This document shows, piece after piece, positions 26,984-36,857 of a stretch of DNA of 64,000 nucleotides. The stretch comes from Mycobacteriales bacterium. GTDB taxonomy: Bacteria > Actinomycetota > Actinomycetes > Mycobacteriales > QHCE01. Position 1 is the first letter of the stretch. Every line of letters starts with the position of its first letter. The DNA lies in contig JBBSOC010000002.1 of the NCBI GenBank assembly GCA_038260095.1, positions 14,411-78,410 on the forward strand, read 5' to 3'. Under the pieces are notes generated by a model. That model did no database searches, was not told the origin of the DNA, and worked only from the letters and a program-made list of their open reading frames with translations. Both the position numbers and the translations under genes were made by a program.

Positions 26984-28090
26984 ATGACACAACCACCAAG
27001 CGGTGGCCCAGAGCAATCCCCTTCCGGTAGCGGGGATCAAGGCCGCAGTTCAGGTCCGCCGTCCTCCGAACAGCAGCCGGCGGACGCAGGTGGCTATGGC
27101 GTTCCCGCAAATCCGTATGCCCATGATCAACCTCAAGCACCGTATTCAGCGCCCGGAGCTCCAGCGCCCAGTTACCCAGCTCCGAGTTATCCAGCTCCGG
27201 GGGGAGTAAGCTCCGAAGGTGCAAGTGGGCCGCCTGCGCCTTACAGCGGGGCCACAGGCGGGACGATTCCTGGACCCTATGCTTCCTATCCTGGGCCGCA
27301 GAATCCCAACCTTGCCGCGGGCTACGGTTACGCGCCGGGACAGCCGCCCCAAGGCCAACAGGGCTACGGTCAGCAACCGTATGAACAGCAAGGTTACGGT
27401 CAAAACCCGTATGCACAACAGGCTTACGGCCAAAATTCTTACGGGCAGCAGCCATACGGCGCATACCCTCCAGCCAAGAAAAAAACCGGCTTGATCATAG
27501 GAATCGTGGTGGGTGTACTTGTACTACTGCTGCTCGTCGGAGGTGGCGCATTTTTGCTGCTAGGCAAGGACAAAGAGTCCAATTCCCCCGACAAGGCATC
27601 CAAGCAGGCCGTAGAAAACTTCGTGAACGCGCTCAAAAGCAACGATCTAGATAAATCAGCCAGCTATACGTGCCAAAAGCTCAGCGCCGATATAAAAGCT
27701 CAATCAAGTCTGCTGAACAAAAATAGTCGCTCGAGTTTGCTGGGCAAAGATACCAAGGTTGACGTCGGAGACGCCAAGAAAGTTTCCGACACGTCCTACG
27801 ACGTTGATGTTTCGATTACACGTCAAAGCGGTCTTAAGAGAAATGCCCAAATCGAGGTAGTCAAAGAAAAAGATAAGTGGCTGGTCTGCCGCTTTAAGTC
27901 CGGCGCTTCCAGCTCGAGTGGGGCAGAAGTCCCAGAGGCTCCTGGTATCTCACCCGGCGGGGGTTACCCTGCTCTACCACCACCCAGTGGGGGCTACTCC
28001 GGGGGGAGTTACCCTGCTACTCCCCCCGGCGGGAGCTACCCGAGCGTGGCGCCGCTTTCTTCATCCGGCGGAACTGACTACCAGTACTAG
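26984..28090 (+). CDS. single-pass membrane protein with a P/Q/G/Y-rich N-terminus and a DUF4878-like ectodomain
   Basis: 368 aa with [38 protein letters not shown] repeats and a TM segment ([25 protein letters not shown]). A small folded domain and a PGG/YP-rich tail follow. Confidence 0.6.
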   Translation: MTQPPSGGPEQSPSGSGDQGRSSGPPSSEQQPADAGGYGVPANPYAHDQPQAPYSAPGAPAPSYPAPSYPAPGGVSSEGASGPPAPYSGATGGTIPGPYASYPGPQNPNLAAGYGYAPGQPPQGQQGYGQQPYEQQGYGQNPYAQQAYGQNSYGQQPYGAYPPAKKKTGLIIGIVVGVLVLLLLVGGGAFLLLGKDKESNSPDKASKQAVENFVNALKSNDLDKSASYTCQKLSADIKAQSSLLNKNSRSSLLGKDTKVDVGDAKKVSDTSYDVDVSITRQSGLKRNAQIEVVKEKDKWLVCRFKSGASSSSGAEVPEAPGISPGGGYPALPPPSGGYSGGSYPATPPGGSYPSVAPLSSSGGTDYQY

Positions 28091-28140
28091 CTGGGTCAAG
28101 GGTAAGCGAAATTGGGGGCTAAGTCCCGTGACTATACGGA

Positions 28141-28476
28141 CTATTCTGGAAGACTGCTGGGCGGGAGTAGCTCATGCTGAGCACGTGCAGTTGATAGCAG
28201 ATTCCACCATGATGTGACTTTAGGGCTTCGCCGCAGCAGGGAGCGCCTCTCGCGCTCAGTCATCCCACCCCACACGCCAAACTCGATTCGGTTGTCTAAC
28301 GCATCGGCTAAACACTCGCTGCGAACCGGACAGCCAAGGCAAACTGCCTTTGCGCGATTTTGTGCCGAGCCTTGAACAAACAACGCGTCTGGGTCAGATG
28401 AGCGACATGCTCCCTTCGATGCCCAGTCCACAATCATGCCCACGGATTCACCGTGCGTGGCACGTGTTTTGTACAT
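28141..28476 (-). CDS. whiB4: WhiB-family Fe-S transcription factor, WhiB4-like
   Basis: CRSSDPDALFV...CLGCPVRSECLADALDNRIEFGVWGGMTERERR shows the four Cys and the GVWGG turn. It is divergent from ponA2, as Rv3681c is from Rv3682. The start is uncertain (28476 or 28515). Confidence 0.8.
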   Translation of the reverse strand: MYKTRATHGESVGMIVDWASKGACRSSDPDALFVQGSAQNRAKAVCLGCPVRSECLADALDNRIEFGVWGGMTERERRSLLRRSPKVTSWWNLLSTARAQHELLPPSSLPE

Positions 28477-28850
28477 TAGGTCCCCCCCGTCCCAGCGCAA
28501 CCCGTAGATTTGCAACGGGAAGGCACTTCCAGGTCTCAGACGCTACAAAGAGGACATCCCAAACGGCAGCAGCCGATCGCACAGAACTTACCTAGCCGTC
28601 TGCGGAGATCGTCATCCGAACGGAGGAAGCGATGCAGCTCAGGGCATAAATGTGGCGCCGCACACAGCGGTACGCGTTTTGCACAGTTTCAGCGACTCGT
28701 TGGCCAATCTGCGCTCGGCCTGCTATCTCGACTGCGGACGTGCACAGTGAAGTTCAGCTACGATTGCGGCGTACAGTTTTCCGCAAAGGACTAGCTAGGA
28801 CCGACTCAACAGCCTGACGGCTAGAGATCAAAGCAGAGACGAGTGACCAC

Positions 28851-31373
28851 GTGGCCGAGCAGTACGAATCAGGCACCCAGACCAAAGCGCCGCCCCCATC
28901 GTCTGGGCGCAGCCGCCCCAAACTTGACACCAGAAAATTTGGCCCACTGGTCACCCTGGCAATGTGCGGATTAATTGCCGGATTACTTGCTGCCGCAGCC
29001 GCCTTTCCCGTGGTGGGAGTGACCGGCCTCACCGCCAAGGCGGCCTCAGACGCTTTCCAAGCCTTACCCAGTAAGCTTAAATCAGCGCCGATTCCACTGA
29101 CTTCCATGCTGTACGCCGCCGATGGCTCATACATCACCTCGTTCTATGAACAGAATCGAGTGTATGTAAAATTAGCTGACGTCCCCCCAATAATGCGTAA
29201 TGCAATAATTGCCACTGAAGATCAGCGGTTCTTTCAACACGGCGCCTTCGATGGCCCAGGTGTAATTCGGGCCTTATTGGCTAACCAAAGCGCGGGAAAG
29301 ATTCAACAAGGAGCTTCAACGCTCACCCAACAGCTCGTAAAAAACATCCTTCGATACACGGCTGAAAACGAAAAAGAGGATAAAGCGGCCGTCGCCGACA
29401 CTCCCGCCCGTAAAGTGCGAGAGCTGCGCTATGCCATAGCACTGGAAAAGCAGCTGAAGAAAGAAGAAATCCTCGAGCGTTACCTCAACATTGCGTACTT
29501 TGGCAACGGTGCCTACGGTGTTTACGCGGCAGCGCAGACTTACTTTTCTAAGGAGCCTAAAGATCTCACCCTCGGAGAAGCGTCACTTATTGCTGGAACG
29601 ATAAAAAACCCAACCCTATATAACCCATTAAACGAAGAAAATACTAAAGCCAAGGAACGCCGAGACTACGTATTAGATCGAATGGGAAGCCTGAATTACG
29701 CCACCCAGACTGATGTAAACGCCGCTAAAGCCGACGCGATAAAACTCAATCCGAAGACTATGCCGAGACAGTGCGAAAATGCCCAGAACCGAGAGTCTTT
29801 TGGCTTTTACTGCGGATGGTTTGTGGAATGGTTCAAGCAAAATAAAGCATTCGGTAAAACTCGACAGGAGCGCGAGACCCAGTTGCAACGGGGAGGATAC
29901 CACATAACCCTAGCGCTAGATCCTAGAATTCAGGAGGCCGCAAGGAAGTCGATAGACAACCAGGTCTCCCCCAACAATCCTCAGGCGCTCGGCGAGGTTG
30001 TTGTTGAGCCTAATACTGGCCGAGTAAAAGCCATGGCGATCAACCGAACCTACAGTATAGCGCCCAATCCCGGCGGCAGAAAATACCCTAATTCTACTAT
30101 TGCGCTGCTATCTGGCACGTCCGCGTCGGCGGGATACCAAGCGGGATCGACGTTCAAGATGTTCACCATGGTCGCCGCGCTGGAAAAGGGTATACCCCTG
30201 AGCATTAGGATCCATGCGCCATACCAATATGTATCGAAATACATCGATTCGCCAGGCCCGGCTACGTGTTTACAAGGAGGCATACCTCACTATTGTCCGA
30301 ACAACGAAAATCATTTCATGACAGGCACACATACCATGTGGTCGGGTTTTGGTGAATCGGTCAACACATTTTTCGTGCAGTTGGAAGAAGACGTCGGAGT
30401 CAAAGCCGCGGTAGATGCGGCCGAGAAGCTGGGCGTGACATTCAGGGCTGACGAGGACCTAAGAAACAAGGCACACCCCGAAAATTGGGGCTCATTCACG
30501 CTGGGCACCCCGCAGGTGAGCCCGCTGGACATGGCTAACTCCTATGCTACGTTGGCCGCTCGCGGCAAGCGCTGTGAGCCAACTCCGTTGCTGAAAATCA
30601 CTGATTCAGCTGGGAAGGAGCTTCCCTATGCTCAAAGCACCTGCTCGCAAGTGATTCCACCAGAAGTGGCTGACGCGGCCAACGACGCGGCAAAATGCCC
30701 AGTCGGAGGCACCGCTACCGGCAAGTGCGTAAACTCCCAAAGCGGCGTGACCGCGAGGGACATTACTGGCGCCCTGAAGCGTCAGGTGGCTGGCAAGACC
30801 GGTACCACCGATAACGAAAAATCCGCATGGTTCATTGGATATACGCCGAATATGGCGGCCGCGGTTTTCCAGGCCAATCCGGATGAGCCCAACACCAGCG
30901 TCGGGCATACACGCAGCCCGCAAGAGGTATTCAAAAGCACTATGCCGGTCGCACTGCAAGGTCTTCCGAACGAAAACTTCACGCCGCCGGAAGCTAGCCT
31001 TGTACAAGGAGAGTCCGAAACCGTTCCTCGGGTGGTGGGCTCAGAGCTGGAAAGCGCTAAAGCGACTATCGTGCGGGCCGGTTTCACTGCGAACGTCAGT
31101 CCAGATCGAGTCGCCTCCGATGCCCCGGAAGGGCGCGTTGCCCGCACCGATCCAGACGGGGGAGAATCCGCTCCAAAGGGCTCGCCGATAACCATTTACC
31201 TCAGCAATGGTGAGCAATCGGCGCCCACACAGGCCGCACCGTCAGACTCCGTCCAGCCGGGTGAGCCCGACATTCCTAATTTCCCCAACGATGCTGGGGG
31301 CCCCCAGATATCACACCCACCTGGTCGTCAAGGGCGGGGTCATCATGGACCACGCTTTGGGCCAGGGAACTGA
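28851..31373 (+). CDS. ponA2: class A penicillin-binding protein with a C-terminal PASTA domain
   Basis: 840 aa. Glycosyltransferase motifs are ATEDQRFFQHGAFD and GASTLTQQLVKN. Transpeptidase motifs are STFK and KTGTTDN. The PASTA-like segment is VPRVVGSELESAKATIVRAGF...ITIYLSNG. Confidence 0.9.
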   Translation: MAEQYESGTQTKAPPPSSGRSRPKLDTRKFGPLVTLAMCGLIAGLLAAAAAFPVVGVTGLTAKAASDAFQALPSKLKSAPIPLTSMLYAADGSYITSFYEQNRVYVKLADVPPIMRNAIIATEDQRFFQHGAFDGPGVIRALLANQSAGKIQQGASTLTQQLVKNILRYTAENEKEDKAAVADTPARKVRELRYAIALEKQLKKEEILERYLNIAYFGNGAYGVYAAAQTYFSKEPKDLTLGEASLIAGTIKNPTLYNPLNEENTKAKERRDYVLDRMGSLNYATQTDVNAAKADAIKLNPKTMPRQCENAQNRESFGFYCGWFVEWFKQNKAFGKTRQERETQLQRGGYHITLALDPRIQEAARKSIDNQVSPNNPQALGEVVVEPNTGRVKAMAINRTYSIAPNPGGRKYPNSTIALLSGTSASAGYQAGSTFKMFTMVAALEKGIPLSIRIHAPYQYVSKYIDSPGPATCLQGGIPHYCPNNENHFMTGTHTMWSGFGESVNTFFVQLEEDVGVKAAVDAAEKLGVTFRADEDLRNKAHPENWGSFTLGTPQVSPLDMANSYATLAARGKRCEPTPLLKITDSAGKELPYAQSTCSQVIPPEVADAANDAAKCPVGGTATGKCVNSQSGVTARDITGALKRQVAGKTGTTDNEKSAWFIGYTPNMAAAVFQANPDEPNTSVGHTRSPQEVFKSTMPVALQGLPNENFTPPEASLVQGESETVPRVVGSELESAKATIVRAGFTANVSPDRVASDAPEGRVARTDPDGGESAPKGSPITIYLSNGEQSAPTQAAPSDSVQPGEPDIPNFPNDAGGPQISHPPGRQGRGHHGPRFGPGN

Positions 31374-31374
31374 A

Positions 31375-32331
31375 ATGGCGATGAGGTCTCGTCGCGGCCG
31401 CGTCGCGCTGTGGTTGGCCGAAGGTCTAGTTGGTGTGGCCGCAGTGGGGACCGCGTATTACGCCACAGTGATTGAACCGCGGTCCTGGCTGCTGCGCAGA
31501 CTAGACGTACCGGTGCTGCCGCCAGACAGCGAACCGTTTCGGATCCTGCACATTTCTGATTTACACATGCTCGCGCGCCAGCACGGCAAGCAGGCATGGC
31601 TCCGAGGCCTAGCTGCACTGGATCCGGATCTAGTTGTGCTGACAGGCGATAATCTAGCGTCTGAAGACGCGGTGGATAGCGTGCTACACGCGCTGTCGCC
31701 GCTAGCTGAACGCCCTGGTGCATTTGTGTTAGGTAACAGCGATTATTACGGACCCGTCCCTAAAGGGCCATGGCAGTATTCTTCTACCGCCTCCACAAGC
31801 TCGGCTGCTTTAGGCGGCCGCGGGGGCACTCCTATGCCGACTCAGGAACTCTGTAAGGCGCTGAGGTCACTAGGTTGGTCGGAGCTAACAAACCAACGCA
31901 CCGTCATCGATGCGGGTGGCCGCCGAGTCGAACTATCCGGCGTAGACGATCCGAGCCTGGGGCGCGATGATTACGCCGCTGTGGCCGGCAGGATTGATGC
32001 TTCAGCTGATCTGCACATCGGGCTCACCCATTCGCCGGAACCGGATGTGGTGACGAGTTTTGTTGCAGACGGTTTCGAGTTAGTACTGGCCGGTCATACT
32101 CACGGTGGTCAGGTGCGAATTCCTGGTTATGGAGCCGTGGTCACCAGCTGCGGCATTGACCGTCAGAGGGCGCGCGGCTTGCATCGTTGGCGCGGGAACA
32201 GTTTCCTACACGTAAGTGCCGGCATTGGAACCTCACCGTATGCGCCCGTTCGATTTGGCTGCCCTCCCGAGGCGGTCATGCTGACCTTGGTGTCGGCTGC
32301 CTCGATCGTTACTAAAACGGCCCTGCAGTAG
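31375..32331 (+). CDS. metallophosphoesterase (Rv3683-like)
   Basis: Motifs ILHISDLHM, LTGDN, LGNSDYY and AGHTHGGQ follow an N-terminal TM segment. The track ORF start at 31207 overlaps ponA2 and is unlikely; the ATG at 31375 follows the ponA2 TGA directly. Confidence 0.8.
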   Translation: MAMRSRRGRVALWLAEGLVGVAAVGTAYYATVIEPRSWLLRRLDVPVLPPDSEPFRILHISDLHMLARQHGKQAWLRGLAALDPDLVVLTGDNLASEDAVDSVLHALSPLAERPGAFVLGNSDYYGPVPKGPWQYSSTASTSSAALGGRGGTPMPTQELCKALRSLGWSELTNQRTVIDAGGRRVELSGVDDPSLGRDDYAAVAGRIDASADLHIGLTHSPEPDVVTSFVADGFELVLAGHTHGGQVRIPGYGAVVTSCGIDRQRARGLHRWRGNSFLHVSAGIGTSPYAPVRFGCPPEAVMLTLVSAASIVTKTALQ

Positions 32332-32475
32332 CCCCGGTTAGTTTCACCCAGCAGTTGCATCTGGGGGCCGGACTCATGGGCTAGACTCAGCGGTACTGGC
32401 AGGCAGTTGTATTGTCGGCAACACGCGCAGCGTGAGGGACGTCGAGTCCCGAACAAAGTGTGCATAACTCAACAA

Positions 32476-32549
<74 letters not shown>

Positions 32550-32554
32550 CACTG

Positions 32555-32600
32555 TGATGTCTCGGGACATGGTTCATTGATGTGTCGGGTCATGGTTCAT
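32555..32600. repeat. tandem 23-bp duplication immediately 3' of tRNA-Pro
   Basis: tgatgtctcgggacatggttcat (32555-32577) and tgatgtgtcgggtcatggttcat (32578-32600) are identical at 21/23 positions. The first unit contains the short inverted repeat atgtc..gacat. Confidence 0.7.
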
Positions 32601-32611
32601 AGCTTCCTGCG

Positions 32612-34204
32612 TTAGCGCGGGGGGCTATGGCTGTTTTTGGGGTTGGTCGTCGCGGGTGGGTCGTCGGTGCAACGGGTTCCGCGCGGCGGCAGGGTCCGGT
32701 CGATGAGGTATGCGACCTCCGCAGCCAGTGAGCAGGGGCTGTGAGCAGCAGCGGGGTGACCCTCACCGGCGAAGGTGAGCAGGTGGCCGTTTTCCAGAGT
32801 GGCGGCAAGGGTGACGGCGTCCTGGTATGGGGTGTCCGGGTCGCCGGTGGTGCCGACCACGAGAATTGGATCCGAGCCGTGCGCATTCCAGGGCCCGGCG
32901 TAGCGGCTGGCTCGTTTTGCCGGCCATTGCTGGCAAGCGTTAGCGTGGGAGTGGTCGTAGCCAGGTGGGCCATATGCGGCCATCGGCCCCATCCGAGGTG
33001 CCGCAGCGGCCGAGAGCGCCAGACGGTGACGCAAGAGCGGTTTGCTGGGCGGGTAAACTCGGTCGGCGCACTCTACCGAAACGTTGGCGGCGAAGAAATC
33101 CGACTTGGAACCGATGGAGTCGACGTACGATCCGCCGCGCTGCTCCGCAGCACTCAAGTTCTTGGCGATTCCTGGCCAGCCGGATCTGCCACCATCAAGG
33201 GCGGACATGACGCGGTAGGCCAGCGTTGCTCCGTTCGTGACCACTTTACCGTGGGCGTCACGCACTGGGTTGTTATCTAAACCCGACACCAACGTGTCGT
33301 AGGCAGCCACTGGATCGCCGTGCCCGAACGGGCAACCCGAGCTATCCGCACACCAGTGGAGGAAGCGGCGCAACGCCCCTTCTAGCGCGACGTACTGCCC
33401 ATAATCGTATTCGTACGGATTGTTGGCGTATGCCTCGGGATCGTAGGCACCGTCAAGGGCCATCACTCGAATCCGAGTGGGAAAGAGGTTGGCGTAAACG
33501 GTGCCGATGAACGTCCCGAATGATACTCCGAAGTAATTAAGCTTCCTGTCGCCGACAGCAGCTCGTAATAGATCCATATCGCGGGCGACATACTCGGTTC
33601 CGATATAAGGCAGGAGATCACCACTGCGCTTCTGGCAGGCGGCGTTGAACCGCTCGGCGGCCCGCTGCCCGCGCTCGAAGGCTCCCGGCTGGACGCTCGC
33701 GGATACTCCCGCCCACGCCTGCTGGGTCTCCTCCGCGGTCATGCACGTGACATGCCCGCTGTCGGCGACACCTCGGGGGTCGAAGCCGACGATATCGAAG
33801 CGGCTAGCCAACTCCGCCGGAAATTTACTGACCACGATGTTGACAAATTCGGCGGCAGAGTCGCCCGGCCCACCGGGGTTGACGAATAACGAACCGATCC
33901 GGTGCTTGGAGTCGGTGGCGAGGTGGCGTTTGAGGTTCAACGAAAGAGAGCCTCGGCCCAGATTCCGGTAGTCGCGGGGAACCTGTGCGGTCGCGCACTG
34001 GAATCCCTTATCTCTATTAGTACAGTCCTTCCATGGCAAGGAGGGAACCTGCACACCATGCAGGCCGCCGGGAGGTGAGGCCTCCTCTGCCGCGCTCACC
34101 GGGACGGTAACTGCGGCCGACAAGAGTGCCGCGGCAAGTATTACGCCCGCTGCAGCGGTTCGGCAGTGGCCCCGGAGTCTGATCATGCGTGCCTCTCTCG
34201 ACAC
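32612..34204 (-). CDS. secreted alpha/beta hydrolase, tripeptidyl-aminopeptidase (TAP/Hip1-like) family
   Basis: 530 aa with a signal peptide (AAGVILAAALLSAAVTVPVSA), the nucleophile elbow FGVSFGT and a C-terminal TAP-like region with conserved Cys. Confidence 0.7.
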   Translation of the reverse strand: MSREARMIRLRGHCRTAAAGVILAAALLSAAVTVPVSAAEEASPPGGLHGVQVPSLPWKDCTNRDKGFQCATAQVPRDYRNLGRGSLSLNLKRHLATDSKHRIGSLFVNPGGPGDSAAEFVNIVVSKFPAELASRFDIVGFDPRGVADSGHVTCMTAEETQQAWAGVSASVQPGAFERGQRAAERFNAACQKRSGDLLPYIGTEYVARDMDLLRAAVGDRKLNYFGVSFGTFIGTVYANLFPTRIRVMALDGAYDPEAYANNPYEYDYGQYVALEGALRRFLHWCADSSGCPFGHGDPVAAYDTLVSGLDNNPVRDAHGKVVTNGATLAYRVMSALDGGRSGWPGIAKNLSAAEQRGGSYVDSIGSKSDFFAANVSVECADRVYPPSKPLLRHRLALSAAAAPRMGPMAAYGPPGYDHSHANACQQWPAKRASRYAGPWNAHGSDPILVVGTTGDPDTPYQDAVTLAATLENGHLLTFAGEGHPAAAHSPCSLAAEVAYLIDRTLPPRGTRCTDDPPATTNPKNSHSPPR

Positions 34205-34730
34205 TAGTCAATAGCCTTGTGCCGCATACACAGTGTTTGACCTGATTTTCAGTGGGAAGCCGACCTCTCCCTCATGCTGCGGCAAGAGCGGCTCGTGGTC
34301 GTCCCAACGTTGCGCACACCACTGCTGGTGGCACCGCACACCATTGGTAATGGAACCAATGCGCCCTCCTGACGACCTTCCCAGGAGCTACTCCTGTCAA
34401 GGGGATGCCAAAAGAGCCCAGCACGCAAGATCATACCTGCTCATCAGGCCCTACTCCGGCAACTTTCAGGTACTGGCACAGAACTATTATCCCGAACTTT
34501 GAAATCGGAAGGATGAGGTAGACGAGTGCCGTGGTGACCCTCTGTCGAACAGGCCGCAAGAATGTAGAGCGTAAGCGAGTCCCTGACCTGAAGGGAAATG
34601 GCCCGTCTTTAAGCACTGATGGCAGCTGAGTATAGAGAATGGGATGTCACGGTCACAACCTACGCCGCGCCTGTGGGGCAGCTGATCCTCCGCAAGAACA
34701 AATCGACGTGAAGGATGAGAGAATAGATTC

Positions 34731-35272
34731 ATGTATTCAGAATTAGAGTCGGGGAGGATTTTGCGAGGCGCTTTCTCAGAGGCGGATTTCGATGATCCGG
34801 TTTCTTATTTTGGTCGCACAGGTGACGTCTTCCACGCTCTTAGCTTTGCATGGCTTTTTGGCCTAAGCTTGTAGAGTTACAGGGAGCGGTGTTCTTCGCA
34901 CTGGATGGAAATGATGAGCAGGAGATCCGCAAGCGCTTATACACACCATTCGGTGATGCTCATCCTGAGTGGCCCGCTATGACTTGGCAGAATGCGGTAA
35001 ACAGTTACAATAGATTCGAAGTTTCGCAGCTATTTTATGTTTGGCGTGAGCCGAGTGATCTGGTTTCTAGCGCATCGAAAGAACTGAGTCATTTTTTGGT
35101 TCAAACGTGGCAAGCTCGGCTACGTCGAGAATATCCCGACCTTGAGGTGCCGGACGGCTGGAACGAACAACGTCGATGTAGCCGGGATGGCTCGTCGGCC
35201 TCGATCATGACCATGCGGCGCCAAACCATCGACGCCCTCACTAATCGGTTGGGCAAGATCACCACAAGTTGA
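34731..35272 (+). pseudogene. hypothetical protein, possibly frameshifted near its 5' end
   Basis: ATG 34731 opens MYSELESGRILRGAFSEADFDDPVSYFGRTGDVFHALSFAWLF, which stops at 34872. The track ORF (34850-35272) continues as (M)AFWPKLVELQGAVFF... in another frame. One extra T in the T5 run 34855-34859 would join them (AWLFWPKLVE). No homologue was recognised. Confidence 0.35.
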
Positions 35273-35307
35273 GAGCTCCACAGCAGGGCGCGGAATGGAG
35301 ACAGCCA

Positions 35308-35934
35308 ATGAGCACATCGGGTGTGTGGGTTGTAGTGGCCCTGGAAGGGCAGGACGTAACCCGCCTCACATCACGGTTTCATGCCGCGCTGACAGCTCAC
35401 ACCAGCGACCCCGAAGTCCGGGAACGTTGGCAGCGGTGGGCGGATGCACCTGAGCTGGTGACGGGTTATCGGCCAGAATCGCCCAATTCTCTACATCAAG
35501 TGCTGGACGAGGCGTCACTGTCGTTCCTCAAGCTAGACGACATACCCATCGCGCAGGCCGGGAGCCTGATCCACGACTGCTGGAACAGCGCCTACCAACA
35601 GGTAGATCCGGCTTGCATCACGGCCCGTAAAGCCAGCCCCGTGCTGGCGCTCTTCCACGGCCTTGGCCCTGAACGCGCCGCCAAAATTCCAGGCTGGTGC
35701 GGCAATTTTCTCCTCACACCGGCCGAATGTCAGGCAGCACTTGCCGATATCGAAACCATCCTCGCGCCCTATCAACCGCAATGGTCGCAGACGCTAGCTC
35801 GAATAAACTTCTGGCTGACCAAGGTTGGCGACGCCAACAGCGATGCCGATCAGATGACGAGCAAGGTGCTGGAATGCTGGCGTGCCGCCGCGGCCAAGGG
35901 ATTAGGGTTGTGCGGCACCACTGACATGGTTTAA
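35308..35934 (+). CDS. hypothetical protein
   Basis: ATG preceded by ggagac; the product begins MSTSGVWVVVALEGQDVTRL... and is 208 aa, Trp-rich and soluble. No motif was recognised. The track ORF begins at TTG 35269, overlapping the upstream stop. Confidence 0.5.
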   Translation: MSTSGVWVVVALEGQDVTRLTSRFHAALTAHTSDPEVRERWQRWADAPELVTGYRPESPNSLHQVLDEASLSFLKLDDIPIAQAGSLIHDCWNSAYQQVDPACITARKASPVLALFHGLGPERAAKIPGWCGNFLLTPAECQAALADIETILAPYQPQWSQTLARINFWLTKVGDANSDADQMTSKVLECWRAAAAKGLGLCGTTDMV

Positions 35935-35950
35935 TCGCGGCGTTTTTCAG

Positions 35951-36844
35951 TCAGGTCAGGGCCTGGCCTCTAACCGAGAGGTTGAGGGCAGGTGCGATAG
36001 CGAGGAGCTGGCGAGGAGCGACGGATCGCCAGTAGGAGGCGTCATGAAAACCGCGGCCGTAGAACACCTGATGCGGCGCGGACAACTGGCTGGCGAGGCG
36101 TTTGGTCGCCGTGTAAAACGGGTCGTCATTGCCGCAAGCAGCAGCGACCGTCAGAGGACTGAGAGCCGATAGCCGGCTGAAGATGTTGTTGGCCTGGAAG
36201 TCCTCGGGGTTGTCAAATGCCCCCGGAGCGCTCTGACCAGAGGTTAACCACAGAGCTGGGCTCGCTGGAGCGACAGCCTTGAAGAGAGAAGGAGCGCGCT
36301 CGGCGGCCAGCAGCGCACCATAACCACCCATTGACCAGCCCATGACGGCTCGGGGCAAGTCCCCGACTTTATCCTTGACCAACGGTAGAAATTCTTGAAG
36401 CAACATAGCCATCGCGTCGGTCCCGTCTGCGCGCCGGTGCCAATAGCTGTCATGTCCGCCATCGACGGCGGCCACTGCCAGCGGCAGACCCACGCTCGCA
36501 GCAATGTCAGGCAGTTGGAGGGTGTCGAACGCGTATCGATGATCCTCGTCTTTCCCGTGCAGGCATATTAATAACGCCTGGGGAGCGCGACCGTGAGCGG
36601 GGGTACTAAGCGTCCAGCCGACAGGGCCTTTCATGAAGCGGCTGGTCAAACCCCCCGCGACTTCCTGGGCCCCGCTCCGTGCGACGTGATGATCAGGACT
36701 GCTCACGAGTCCCAGCCAATGGAGCGCTCTACGTCCGAGGCCCGAGTGGTATGCGACCTCACCGGCCACGACCGCTCCGCCTGCCAACCCCGCTCCCAGG
36801 AGAACACCACGTCGCGTCAGCATGATCGAATGAATACTACGCAT
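35951..36844 (-). CDS. Tat-exported esterase (esterase D / antigen-85-fold family)
   Basis: 297 aa with a twin-arginine signal (LTRRGVLLGAGLAGG) and the nucleophile elbow GWSMGGYGAL. Confidence 0.7.
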   Translation of the reverse strand: MRSIHSIMLTRRGVLLGAGLAGGAVVAGEVAYHSGLGRRALHWLGLVSSPDHHVARSGAQEVAGGLTSRFMKGPVGWTLSTPAHGRAPQALLICLHGKDEDHRYAFDTLQLPDIAASVGLPLAVAAVDGGHDSYWHRRADGTDAMAMLLQEFLPLVKDKVGDLPRAVMGWSMGGYGALLAAERAPSLFKAVAPASPALWLTSGQSAPGAFDNPEDFQANNIFSRLSALSPLTVAAACGNDDPFYTATKRLASQLSAPHQVFYGRGFHDASYWRSVAPRQLLAIAPALNLSVRGQALT

Positions 36845-36857
36845 CGCCAGAGCTAAA

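Noticed and set aside
26984-28090. Low-complexity P/Q/G/Y-rich N-termini of two membrane proteins (26984-28090 and 54279-55025), considered as a possible unusual feature.
   Set aside because: Such proline- and glutamine-rich cytoplasmic tails on single-pass or two-pass membrane proteins are common in actinobacteria. Nothing locus-specific was seen.
31207-31374. A 5' extension of the metallophosphoesterase ORF that overlaps ponA2 by 167 nt.
   Set aside because: The extension is antiparallel in logic to a well-supported PBP C-terminus. It has an odd basic, Pro-rich composition, and a good ATG (31375) lies directly after the ponA2 stop.
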